Of a stretch of 64,000 nucleotides of DNA, positions 1 to 13,683 are shown piece after piece (the first letter of the stretch is position 1; each line of letters begins with the position of its first letter). The stretch is from an uncultured Deinococcaceae bacterium. Lineage in GTDB: Bacteria > Deinococcota > Deinococci > Deinococcales > Deinococcaceae. A program made the translations under genes and the position numbers. The stretch spans positions 100,642-164,641 of the forward strand of contig CAXULY010000005.1 in NCBI GenBank assembly GCA_964252075.1, given 5' to 3'. The notes under the pieces were generated by a model. It saw nothing but the letters and a program-made list of their open reading frames with translations. It searched no databases and was not told the DNA's origin.

Positions 1-1449
1 CGGGAGCCTCACTTCGAAGGTGGTGCGCTCGCCCGGCGGGCGGCGGTACGCGATGCTACCACCGTGCGTCTCGGCGATGCGCCGCGCGAGGTACAGCCCC
101 AGCCCGCTCCCCGCGCCCGCCCCGTGCCCCCGGAAGCGCTGGAAGAGCCGTGCTCGCGCCTCGGTCGGCACGCCCGGCCCGTCATCCCGCACGGTGAGCA
201 GGGCGTCCGCGCCGTCCGCCGTTACGTCCACCCGCACCTCGCCGTCCGGCGGGCTCCATTTCAGGGCGTTCTCGATGAGGTTCTGCACGAGGCGCCGCAG
301 CTCGCCCGGCTGTCCCAGCACACTCAGGCCAGGGTCTGTCTGGACGGAGAGCCGCACCTGCGGCGCCGCGCCCCGCATGGCGTCCGCGCGCTCCGCGACC
401 AGCGCGCCGAAATCCAGCGGCGTGCGGTCCTGCCCGGCCTCGCCGCTCTCCAGGCGCGCCACCATCAGCAGCTTGTCCGCGAGGTCCAGCAGGTCCTGGT
501 TGGCCTGCAGGCCGCTCTCCAGACTCGCGCGGTAATCGCCCCGCAGCTCGCCGTACGCGCCCGCCAGCGCGAGGCGCATGCTCATCAGGTTCGCCATGAG
601 GGGCGTGCGGAGGTCGTGCGAGAAGGCGTACACGAGGTCCCGCACCACCGCCCCCTGCCGCTGGGCCGCCGCCTGCCCCGCGCGCACCTCCGCGAGCAGC
701 ACCGCCGTGTCCAGCTGCGGCTCCAGCACCCGCAGTGCGCGCTCCAGCAGGGCCGCGTCGCCGGACGCCGCGCCGAACGCCAGCACCAGCAGGTCCTCGC
801 CCTCCCGGCGCCGCCAGCGGCCCACCAGCACGTCCGCATCCCCGAAGGCCGCCGGGCCGTGCGCGGGCACCGCCAGCCAGTCCGCGGGCAGCGGACCGCC
901 CGGCGCCCACGCGCCGGCCGGCGGTTCCGCCGCCAGCGGCGCCATCAGCGCGCCCCCCCGCACGGCGCCCACCACCACCTCCCGCGCGTTCAGCACGTCG
1001 CGCAATCCCGCCGCCGCGCGCGCCAGCACCTCGCGCGGCGCGTGCGGCCCACTCACGCGCTGCGCCAGCGCCCGCAGGCGCTCCTCCGTCTCCGCGCGGC
1101 GCTCCTGCACCGCCAGCAGCGCCACCCGCGCGGACGCCTCCGACAGCCGCGTGGTCAGGAGGCCCACCAGCAGGTACGACAGGGCGCTGAAGCCCCGGTT
1201 CGCGAGCGCCACCGCATCCCACCCACCGCTGGACAGCCCGTTGAAGAGGCCCGCCAGCACGTTCGCCGCGAGCGCCAGTGCCACCAGCGACAGGGTGAAG
1301 CGCTTTGAAAGCGCCAGCGCCGAGAGCGCAATCGGGATGTTCAGCAGGATGCTCACCACCAGCGCGGCGGGCGTCAGCACATCCAGCAGCAGGCCCAGCG
1401 CCAGCAGGGTCACGCTCGCCACGCGAATGGGGGAGACGCGGGCGCGCAT
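1..1449 (-). CDS. Membrane sensor histidine kinase (about 4 TM, GAF-like linker, HisKA, HATPase), KdpD-core-like; 3' end runs off the window
   Basis: Absent from the ORF track (no stop in window). Manual translation from ATG 1449: MRARVSPIRVASVTLLALGLLLDVLTP..., H-box AFSHDLRTPL, N-box NLIENALKW, G1 DDGPGV, G2 GSGLGLYLARRI, ending ...TTFEVRLP at base 1. TACACT lies 6 nt before the ATG. Confidence 0.88.
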   Translation of the reverse strand, partial: MRARVSPIRVASVTLLALGLLLDVLTPAALVVSILLNIPIALSALALSKRFTLSLVALALAANVLAGLFNGLSSGGWDAVALANRGFSALSYLLVGLLTTRLSEASARVALLAVQERRAETEERLRALAQRVSGPHAPREVLARAAAGLRDVLNAREVVVGAVRGGALMAPLAAEPPAGAWAPGGPLPADWLAVPAHGPAAFGDADVLVGRWRRREGEDLLVLAFGAASGDAALLERALRVLEPQLDTAVLLAEVRAGQAAAQRQGAVVRDLVYAFSHDLRTPLMANLMSMRLALAGAYGELRGDYRASLESGLQANQDLLDLADKLLMVARLESGEAGQDRTPLDFGALVAERADAMRGAAPQVRLSVQTDPGLSVLGQPGELRRLVQNLIENALKWSPPDGEVRVDVTADGADALLTVRDDGPGVPTEARARLFQRFRGHGAGAGSGLGLYLARRIAETHGGSIAYRRPPGERTTFEVRLP

Positions 1450-1467
1450 ACCCAGAGTGTAGGGCGG

Positions 1468-1508
1468 GGGTCAGAATGACGAGCAAAAACCGCCCATCAT
1501 TCTGACCC
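1468..1508. promoter_or_regulatory. Perfect 12-bp inverted repeat between the kinase and the kdp operon (candidate operator or hairpin)
   Basis: GGGTCAGAATGA (1468-1479), 17-nt spacer, TCATTCTGACCC (1497-1508). Confidence 0.55.
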
Positions 1509-1691
1509 GAGCGGACGCGAGGAACCGGGGCCAGGAGCGGTTGGAAGTGGAGTGGGTGGGGTGAATACCCCGCCCGCGCAACGGACAACCGCTCCTGGGG
1601 CCGCGCGGCTCACGGCCCTGGCCAGATGGCCAGTCGGAAGGGCCAGCGGGCGGATGGGCGCCCGCAAGCGTCGGGACCAGCATGGGCGGGT
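1500..1691 (+). promoter_or_regulatory. Structured 5' leader of the kdp operon (candidate cis-regulatory RNA)
   Basis: 13-bp stem 1531-1543/1586-1598 enclosing the hairpin GGGTGGGGT-GAAT-ACCCCGCCC, further hairpins at 1614-1644 and 1646-1665, and GAGGAACC and GGGGTGAAT motifs. Confidence 0.45.
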
Positions 1692-1772
1692 ATGAACACA
1701 TTCCTCCTCATCCTGGTGGTGCTGGTGGGCGCGTACCTGCTGTACGCCCTGCTGCGCCCGGAGAAATTCTAG
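1692..1772 (+). CDS. kdpF: K+-transporting ATPase subunit F
   Basis: 26 aa, MNTFLLILVVLVGAYLLYALLRPEKF, with the KdpF C-terminal YLxYALLRPEKF signature, upstream of kdpA. Below the ORF-track cutoff. Confidence 0.92.
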   Translation: MNTFLLILVVLVGAYLLYALLRPEKF

Positions 1773-1774
1773 CC

Positions 1775-1861
1775 ATGGGCGTCCTGACTGGGCTGCTGGT
1801 GCTGCTGACGCTCTTTGGCCTCGCGTGGGCCTTCCTGCGCTGGGCGGAGCGCGTCTCGTGA
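1775..1861 (+). CDS. Second small hydrophobic Kdp-associated peptide (28 aa)
   Basis: [28 protein letters not shown], one TM helix, starts 2 nt after the kdpF stop, and its TGA overlaps the kdpA GTG (GTGA). Confidence 0.7.
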   Translation: MGVLTGLLVLLTLFGLAWAFLRWAERVS

Positions 1862-3599
1862 CGGGGACCGTGCTGCTGTACCTCGTGACCTTCGCGCTCG
1901 CGTGGCCGCTCGGCGTGTACATCTCGCGTGTGATGAAGGGCGAGCGCACCCCGCTGGATGTTCTGGCGCCCTTCGAGCGCCTGCTGTACCGCCTGATCGG
2001 TGTGGATGCGCAGGCCTCCATGACGTGGCCGCGTTACGCCCGCGCGCTCGTCGTCACGAACGTCCCGCTCGCGCTGATCGCGTTCCTGCTGTTCGTGTTC
2101 CAGGCGAACCTGCCGCTCAACCCGGACCGCGTCGGGAACCTGCCGTGGTTCGTGGCGCTCAACACCGCCGCGAGTTTCGTCACGAACACCAACTGGCAGA
2201 ATTACAGCGGGCAGAGCCAGCTCACGTACCTCTCGCAGCTGCTGGGCATCGTGAGCCTGCAGTTCATCACGCCCGCCGTGGGCGCCGCCGCGCTGTTCGC
2301 GCTGCTGCGCGGCCTGACGGGCGGCGTGCACGCGAACTTCGGGAACTACTACGCGGACGTGACGCGTTTCCTGACGCGCGTGCTGCTGCCCCTGAGCGTG
2401 GTGTTGGCGCTGCTGCTGGTGTGGCAGGGCGTGCCCAGCACCTTCTCGGGCGCGAAGACCGCCACGCTCGCCCAGCCGCAGACCGTCATGGTGGACGGCA
2501 CCGCCACGCGGGTCACCACGCAGACCATCCCGGTGGGGCCGGTCGCGGCGCTCGTCGCGATCAAGCAGCTCGGCACGAACGGCGGCGGCTGGTACGGCCC
2601 GAACAGCGCCGTGCCCCTGGAGAACCCCACGTCGCTCTCGAACCTCATCGAGGTGATCTCCATCATCCTGCTGCCCGTCGCGCTGGTGGTCGCGGCGGGT
2701 GAGTTCCTGCGGCGGCGGCGCTTCGGCGTCATGCTGCTCTCGGTCATGACGGTGCTCTCGGTGGCGCTCACCTGGGGCGCCGTGGCCGCCGAGCGCGCCC
2801 CGAACCGCGCACTCGCGGGCGTCGTGGCGGCCGGGCCGAACCTGGAGGGCAAGGAGGTGCGCTTCGGCGCGGACCTCAGCGCCGCGTGGGCCGCCGTGAC
2901 CACGCAGACCAGCAACGGCAGCGTGAACGCCATGCACGACAGCCTGAACCCCCTGGGCGGCGCGGTGCCCCTGCTCGGCATGATGCTGAACGACGTGTAC
3001 GGCGGCATCGGGGTGGGCGTCATCAACTTCTTCCTGTTCGTGGTGCTCGCGGTGTTCATCGCGGGCCTGATGGTGGGGCGCACGCCGGAACTCTTCGGGC
3101 GCAAGATCGAGGCGCGCGAGGTGAAACTCGCGAGCGTCGCGATCCTGCTGCAGCCGCTGCTGATCCTGGGCTTCACCGCCGTGACGCTCGCCCTGCCGGG
3201 CGTGACCGCGAACTCCAACCCCGGCTTTCACGGCATCTCGCAGGTGCTGTACGAGTACACCAGTCAGTTCGCGAACAACGGCAGCGCCTTCGCGGGCCTC
3301 GGCACGGGCGCGAGCGTGTGGCACAACGTCACGGGCAGCGTCGTGCTGATCCTCGCGCGGTACCTGCCGATCCTCGCGCCGCTCGCCATTGCGGGCTCGC
3401 TCGCCGCGAAGCGCCCCGCGCCCGAGACGAGCGGCAGCCTGCGCGTGGACACCCCGGTGTTCGCGCTGACCCTCACCAGCGTGATGCTGATCCTGCAACT
3501 CCTGAACTTCCTGCCCGCCCTCACCCTCGGCCCCGTCGCGGAGCAGCTCGCGGGCGCCGCGAAGGCCCCCGCCGCGTCCTCCACGCTTGAGGTTCGCCA

Positions 3600-3603
<4 letters not shown>
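1858..3603 (+). CDS. kdpA: K+-transporting ATPase subunit A
   Basis: [47 protein letters not shown] and ANNGSAF motifs. Start placed at the overlapping GTG 1858. Confidence 0.97.
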
Positions 3604-5647
<2,044 letters not shown>

Positions 5648-5651
<4 letters not shown>

Positions 5652-6244
5652 GGAGCCCCACCATGACCCCTGCCCCCACCCCCCGCCCGGACTCGCGCCT
5701 CGCGCCCCTGCGCTTCGCGGTCGTGCTGATGCTCGTGTTCGGCCTCGCGTACCCCCTCGTCGTGACCGTGCTGGCCGGCGCGCTCTTTCCCCGCCAGGCG
5801 AACGGCAGCCTCATCACGCGAGACGGCACCGTGGTGGGCTCCCGCCTGGTCGGGCAGGCCTTCAGCGGCCCCCAGTATTTCATCGGGCGGCCCAGCGCCG
5901 CCGGAGCGGGCTACGACCCCACCAGCGCCAGCGGCAGCAACCTCGCGCCCAGCAACCCGGACCTGAACAAGCGCGTGCGGGCGGACGCCGCCGCCATCGC
6001 CGCCCGTGAGGGCGTGCCGGAGTCGAGCATTCCCGTGGACCTCGTGACGGCCAGCGGCAGCGGCCTCGACCCGGACATCTCGCCCGAGGGTGCGGCCTTG
6101 CAGGTGCGCCGCGTGGCGCGCGCGCGCGGGCTGAGCGAGGACGTGGTGCGTGCCGCCGTTGAGCGGCACACGGCGGGCGGCCTGCTCGGCCCGCAGCGCG
6201 TGAACGTGCTGGAACTGAACCTCGACCTGGACGAGCTGAAGTAA
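5648..6244 (+). CDS. kdpC: K+-transporting ATPase subunit C
   Basis: [41 protein letters not shown] and [11 protein letters not shown] motifs. Confidence 0.97.
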
Positions 6245-6247
6245 GGG

Positions 6248-6290
6248 GAACTGGGGGCGCCCGGGCAGTGTGGCCGGGCGCCCCCAGTTC
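6248..6290. terminator. Bidirectional terminator hairpin between kdpC and the convergent GNAT gene
   Basis: 17-bp perfect stem GAACTGGGGGCGCCCGG / CCGGGCGCCCCCAGTTC. Confidence 0.75.
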
Positions 6291-6292
6291 TC

Positions 6293-6850
6293 CTACAGGC
6301 GCGGGTCGGTCGCCAGGAGGGACATGCGGTGCTGGTCCACCCACTCGCCCTGCCAGCACAGCGCGTCGCGCTCCACGCCCTCATGCACGAAGCCGCACTT
6401 CTCGTACACGCGCCGCGCGCGCGGGTTGAAGGCGAACACACCCAGGCTGATGCGGTGCAGGCCCACCACATCGAAGCCGTACGCGACGGCGGCGCGCGTC
6501 GCCTCCGTGCCGTACCCCCGCCCGGCGAGGTCCGGCGCGTTCACGGAGATGCGGAAGTTCGCGCTGCGGTTGTGCGCGTCGAGGTCGTTCAGCACCACCT
6601 CGCCCAGGTACGCGCCGTCCTCCGCGCGCAGCATCGCCCAGTCCGCGCGGTCGTCCGCGCCGCGCACGCGCGCCAGGAAGCGCGCCACGTCCTCGCGCGC
6701 GAAGGTCTGTGTGGTGCCCGTGAGGCGCATGAACTCCTCGTGCTGCAGGCCCTCCATGACGTGATCGAGGTGCTCCGGCCCCATCGGGACGAGGCGCAGG
6801 CGGGCGGTGGTGAGGGTCGCGAGGTGGGCGAGCGCGTCGGTGTTCAGCAT
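6293..6850 (-). CDS. GNAT family N-acetyltransferase (RimL-like)
   Basis: LTTARLRLVP, GRGYGTEA, GLHRISLGVFAFNPRARRVYEKCGFVHEG. Confidence 0.9.
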   Translation of the reverse strand: MLNTDALAHLATLTTARLRLVPMGPEHLDHVMEGLQHEEFMRLTGTTQTFAREDVARFLARVRGADDRADWAMLRAEDGAYLGEVVLNDLDAHNRSANFRISVNAPDLAGRGYGTEATRAAVAYGFDVVGLHRISLGVFAFNPRARRVYEKCGFVHEGVERDALCWQGEWVDQHRMSLLATDPRL

Positions 6851-6956
6851 ACGGGCCGTTCTACCAGCCGGGCCCGCGGCTCGGGATGGGCCAACTGACC
6901 TAAGCGCCGAAGGTCCGTCATGCGGTCTCGCGGGCGAGGAGCAGACGTTTTCGCGT

Positions 6957-8393
6957 TCAGGCGCCGCTCTGGACGCGCCGGATCTCCCCGCCGACCCGGT
7001 AGAAGCCGTTCACCTCGGTCAGGCTGTCCACGACGTACCGGGCGCCCGCCTCGCGCAGGTTGCGCGGGAACTGCACCCGCCAGTGGGCGTGGTACCCGGG
7101 GCTGATGGGCCGCACCCGCAGCTTGCCGCCTTCCGAAGAGCACTCGAGCAGCACGCCGCTCCCCACGTCGTTCGTGGTGGCGAGCGCCGTCTGGGGGGTG
7201 CGCGCTTCCAGGGCCGTCGCCAGTTTCACGTCGCGCACGGTGGGGGTCACGCCCTGCTGCGCCGCCTGGATGGCCGCCTCGCTCGCGTCGATGGCGGCCA
7301 GCACGCCGTGCGTGGTCACCACGTACAGCCGCTCGTCGGCGTACTGCATGGAGAGGGCGCTGCCGCAGCCGCTGGCGAGCTTCCACAGGCGCTCGCCCCC
7401 TTCCGCGAAGCAGTAGATGGCGCTGGCATTGTCGGCCGCGAACACGTAGCCAGCCGGGCTGGTCGCGCAGGACATGATGCTGGCATCGCACTGGTAGTCC
7501 TGCAGGTGCTCGCCACTCTTGGAAAAGCGCTGCACCAGCCGCGCGGTGGTGCCCGCATACAGGGACGGGCCGTCCTGCCACCCGAACAGGACGGCGCCGT
7601 GGGTGCTGCGCTCCCACACGGGGAGGCCGCTGGTGCGGTCATACATCCCCACCCCGCGGCTGTGGCCGTAGTACACGCCCTGGGTGTCCACCCGCACCAT
7701 CCAGCCCATGCTGGCGCCCTGCCCGACATTCCCCCACTGCTGATCGCTCTCGGCGTCGAAGGCGTACACGCTGCCGCCCTCGTCGGCCACGCCCAGCAGG
7801 CCGCCCTGGATGTCCAGCCACAGCAGGCTCATGCCGGGGTCCACGGTGTAGGCCACGAAGGGCAGCTTGCCGCTCAGGTCGTACACCTGCCCGTCGTCGC
7901 AGCCCGCGAACAGGAAGCGCCCGTCGCTCACCAGGCACTTCACCCCGTCCGGCAGCTGAAATTTGAGTTCGGGTTCGCCCGCCGGGCTCAGCGCGTAGAC
8001 CTCGCCACCCTCGTTGCCCACCCAGCAGCGCCCACCGCCCACGAAGATGCCGTAGGCGGTGGTGCCGCTCTGGAAGCGCCACAGCAGCGGCGCGCGGCGG
8101 GCACTGCTCGTTTGCACCTCCTGCACGTTGCGGCGCACGGGCGCGCGCTTCTGGCGCTCGCCCTTCACGGCGTCCGCGTAGCCTTTGCGGCGCTTCTCGC
8201 GCAGCTTCTTCTCGGCTTCGGCGCGGGCCGCCTCGTTGCTCGCCAGGGTCTTCACCTGTGCCTGGCCTTCGGTCCCGATGCGGCCATACCGCACGGTCAG
8301 GGTGGCGTCCTCGATCAGCACCTCGTAGAACTTGTGTTCGCTGCCCTGCGGGTCGGAGAACTCCAGGTAATGGTGGTCCATGCTGTCATTCAT
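6957..8393 (-). CDS. WGR domain protein with beta-propeller repeats and a C-terminal domain of unknown function
   Basis: N-terminal WGR domain (YLEFSD..SEHKFYEV...VRYGRIGTEGQ...EKRRKGY), PQQ/WD-like repeats, C-terminal LRVRPISPGY...VQFPRNLRE. Start is ATG 8393 or 8381. Confidence 0.82.
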   Translation of the reverse strand: MNDSMDHHYLEFSDPQGSEHKFYEVLIEDATLTVRYGRIGTEGQAQVKTLASNEAARAEAEKKLREKRRKGYADAVKGERQKRAPVRRNVQEVQTSSARRAPLLWRFQSGTTAYGIFVGGGRCWVGNEGGEVYALSPAGEPELKFQLPDGVKCLVSDGRFLFAGCDDGQVYDLSGKLPFVAYTVDPGMSLLWLDIQGGLLGVADEGGSVYAFDAESDQQWGNVGQGASMGWMVRVDTQGVYYGHSRGVGMYDRTSGLPVWERSTHGAVLFGWQDGPSLYAGTTARLVQRFSKSGEHLQDYQCDASIMSCATSPAGYVFAADNASAIYCFAEGGERLWKLASGCGSALSMQYADERLYVVTTHGVLAAIDASEAAIQAAQQGVTPTVRDVKLATALEARTPQTALATTNDVGSGVLLECSSEGGKLRVRPISPGYHAHWRVQFPRNLREAGARYVVDSLTEVNGFYRVGGEIRRVQSGA

Positions 8394-8446
8394 AACAGAA
8401 GCCAGCAGAACGGTTCGGTTGGGGCCGGGAGCGATCCCGCGCGGCG

Positions 8447-8859
8447 CTACCGTGGTCGCCCGCGCTCCAGCACGCACGCGAAGCGCTCCACGCCCGGGTA
8501 CCGCTCCCCCAGGGGCGTCACGGTGAAGCCGCAGCGCCGGTAGAAGCCCACCGCCTCCCCGTCCGTCTCGGCGCGCAGGTGGGTAAGGCCCAGCGCGCTC
8601 GCGGCGCCCTCCACCAGCGCCCGCCCGAAGCCTCGCCCGCGCGCCCCTTCGCGCACGCCGATGTTCAGGATGGTGCCGGAAGCCACCTCCACCCCGATGC
8701 AGCCCACCAGCGCCCCACCGTCCTCCAGGCCTAGCAGGGCGCGGTCCGGGTCGCGCTGGTAGGCCTCCACCGCCCGCTCCAGCCGACCCGGCGCGGGGTA
8801 CACGGACAGCGCCAGCAGCGCGCGCACCTCCGGATCACCGAGGTGCGCGCGCAGGTCCC

Positions 8860-8863
<4 letters not shown>
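8447..8863 (-). CDS. GNAT family N-acetyltransferase, translationally coupled to polA
   Basis: RGRGFGRALV and AETDGEAVGFYRRCGF. Its GTG overlaps the polA TGA. Confidence 0.88.
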
Positions 8864-11418
<2,555 letters not shown>

Positions 11419-11482
11419 GCCCTCATTCTACCCCGTACGGAATGACCCTCGCCCGCTCCGAGAAGCGCGAAAAACGCGCGCT

Positions 11483-12307
11483 TCAGGGCTGGTCGGGGTC
11501 CTTCTTCTCCGGCAGCGCGCGCGCGTCACTGATGCTGAGCCGTCCACCCGGATCGCCGTACAGGGTGCTCAGGATGTCGCTGCGGTGCGCCGTGAACCAC
11601 GAGCGCAGCGCGGGCTGCTTCGCCAGGACGCCCCGCAGCGCCTGTTCGGCCGCCGCGCCGTTGCCGGCCACCACGCGGTTCGCGTAGTACCCCACCAGCG
11701 CGGCGCGCGGGGTCTCGTTCGGGTCCTCGTCCTTGCCGAGGGGTCGCGTGAGTTCCTTGAGGTAGCGGGCGGCGTCCTGCTCCGGCACGAAGGCGTACCG
11801 CCGCGTGAGGTCCGCGACGCGCACGCCGTCCCAGCCCAGCACATAGCGCACGTCCGGCGAGGCGGCGTAGGAGTAGTCGTAGTACGCGAAGGCGTCGCTG
11901 CTGAACACCAGCTCCAGGGTGCCGTCGCCGTTCAGGTCCGTGAAGTTCGCGCCGTAGTTGCCCGCGTCCAGAATGAAGAGGTTGCGTGGCGCGCCGTCGT
12001 CCTGCGTGAAGGCGTAATAGGTGGTGCAGCAGTGTGCGCCTCCACTGAAGGCCTCCAGCACGAGTTCCGGCTGCCCGCCCGGGCGCAGGGGCTTAAGGCT
12101 CGCGCTGACATTCCAGTCGCTCACCGTGACGAGCGTCTTGCCGCCCTGCCGGATGACGGCGGTCGCCTGCTTGTCGTAGTCGTTCTGGGGACGGGGCGTG
12201 ACGGTCACGCTGTACGCGCCCCACCGGAGGGTCTGCGGCTGGTCGGCCTGGGCGCTGGCGGTGCCGAGCGTCAGGGCGGCGAGGGTGCTGATGACCGCTG
12301 CGTTCAC
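11483..12307 (-). CDS. Secreted hypothetical protein with SGGAHCC and DLNGDG motifs
   Basis: GTG start overlapping the amidase stop, RBS AGGAGG, signal peptide [26 protein letters not shown]-like DLNGDGTLE. Confidence 0.75.
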   Translation of the reverse strand: MNAAVISTLAALTLGTASAQADQPQTLRWGAYSVTVTPRPQNDYDKQATAVIRQGGKTLVTVSDWNVSASLKPLRPGGQPELVLEAFSGGAHCCTTYYAFTQDDGAPRNLFILDAGNYGANFTDLNGDGTLELVFSSDAFAYYDYSYAASPDVRYVLGWDGVRVADLTRRYAFVPEQDAARYLKELTRPLGKDEDPNETPRAALVGYYANRVVAGNGAAAEQALRGVLAKQPALRSWFTAHRSDILSTLYGDPGGRLSISDARALPEKKDPDQP

Positions 12308-13491
12308 GTGAGTCCTCCTTGGTAGGTGAGGGCCAAGCCCAGCAGGGCCGCGTCCTCGTTCCACGGGGCGATGACCTGTACGCCCACGGACAGCTCGCCC
12401 GCCCGCTGCGGGAGCGCCACCACCGGCACGCCCAGCAGGCTCCACGGCGCGGTGAGGCGCAGCACCGTCCGGCGCAGCGGCAGAAGGCCTTCCGCGACCT
12501 CCAGTTCCGCCTGCCCCAGCAGGGGCGCGACGTCCGGAACGGCGGGCGCGAGCAGCAGGTCGTGCGTCTCGAACAGTCGGATCAGGTTGGCCCTCAGGGC
12601 TTCGCGGCGTTCGCGCGCCGCCCGCACCTCCGCCTCGCCCAGCGCCGCGCCCTGGCGCAGCAGGGATTCCGTGAAGGGCAGGAAGCCCGGCGCGTGTTCC
12701 CGCAGCGCCACCTCGTGCACGGCGGCGCCCTCGCTCAGCACGATGGGTGTGTAGGTGTCCAGCACCTCCGGGAAGGCAAAGGGACTCACCTGCGCGCCCA
12801 GGCGACTGGCGTGCGTGACCGCGCGGTCCAAGGCCTCGCGCGCGGCGGGCGCCAGCCACCCCGGCACGTCCCACACGCCCACCCGCAGGCCCGCCCAGGG
12901 GCGCGCGCGCACGTCCTCGCCGGAGAGTGCCGCGTGCACGCGCGCCACCATCTGGAGGTCGCGGGCGAGCGGCCCGGCGTGGTCGCAGGTGGGGGAGAGG
13001 GGCAGCACGCCCGTCAGCGGCCACGCGGGGTGGTCCTTGCTGGGCTTGAAGCCCACCACGCCGCACCACGCGGCGGGCACCCGGATGGAGCCGCCGGTGT
13101 CCGTGCCGAGCGCGAAATCCACCTCGCCCGTCGCGACGCTCGCCGCCGCGCCGCCCGAGGACCCCCCCGACACGCGCGTGGGGTCCAGGGGATTCAGGGT
13201 GCCGCCCCGCGCGTTGTCGCCCGTGATGCCCAGCGCCACCTCGTGCAGTTCGGTCTTGCCAACCAGGGTGGCGCCCAGCTCCAGCAGGTGCGCCACCAGC
13301 GGACTGCCCGGCACGTCCGGGAGGGGCGCCTGGCTGCCCGCCGTAAGCGGCCAGCCGGGCACGCCGTACAGGTCCTTGGCGCTGAAGTGCAGGCCGGTCA
13401 GGGCGCCGTCCGGTTGGCCCGCGAGAACCTGCGCCGGGCGGTGCGCCCAAGCGCGCAGGGGGTCGGTGGGCGGCTCGTTTCGGGAGGTCAC
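12304..13491 (-). CDS. Amidase signature family enzyme
   Basis: [31 protein letters not shown]. Leaderless TACACT-6-GTG at 13491. Confidence 0.92.
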   Translation of the reverse strand: MTSRNEPPTDPLRAWAHRPAQVLAGQPDGALTGLHFSAKDLYGVPGWPLTAGSQAPLPDVPGSPLVAHLLELGATLVGKTELHEVALGITGDNARGGTLNPLDPTRVSGGSSGGAAASVATGEVDFALGTDTGGSIRVPAAWCGVVGFKPSKDHPAWPLTGVLPLSPTCDHAGPLARDLQMVARVHAALSGEDVRARPWAGLRVGVWDVPGWLAPAAREALDRAVTHASRLGAQVSPFAFPEVLDTYTPIVLSEGAAVHEVALREHAPGFLPFTESLLRQGAALGEAEVRAARERREALRANLIRLFETHDLLLAPAVPDVAPLLGQAELEVAEGLLPLRRTVLRLTAPWSLLGVPVVALPQRAGELSVGVQVIAPWNEDAALLGLALTYQGGLT

Positions 13492-13683
13492 GCCGTGAGT
13501 GTAACGCGCTTCCGGCCCCACCTCGCTCCCTGAGCGGCAGCTGAGAGTGCATTAAACGACGTGCTGGTGGGTCCTGGGCGACGTGCCCTGAGCGTGTCAG
13601 AAAAGTGAAAGAGATGTGAGGTCATACTGACTGCACTTCGCCCGCCCTCCAGTCCTTCTTGCCTGATCCGTCCCGAGGTTGCC

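Noticed and set aside
20..1588. Long ORFs 20-535, 64-1308, 182-1588 and 578-1462
   Set aside because: Ala/Arg/Gly/Pro-rich shadow frames of the minus-strand kinase; the same applies to the many antisense and off-frame ORFs across this GC-rich window.
1500..1691. Calling the kdp leader a canonical c-di-AMP riboswitch
   Set aside because: The 3' CCG-CAGCUAAC-CUCG core is absent, so it is reported only as a variant candidate.
11483..13552. 689-aa ORF as one protein
   Set aside because: Only the last 274 aa from GTG 12307 are credible; the rest overlaps the amidase out of frame.
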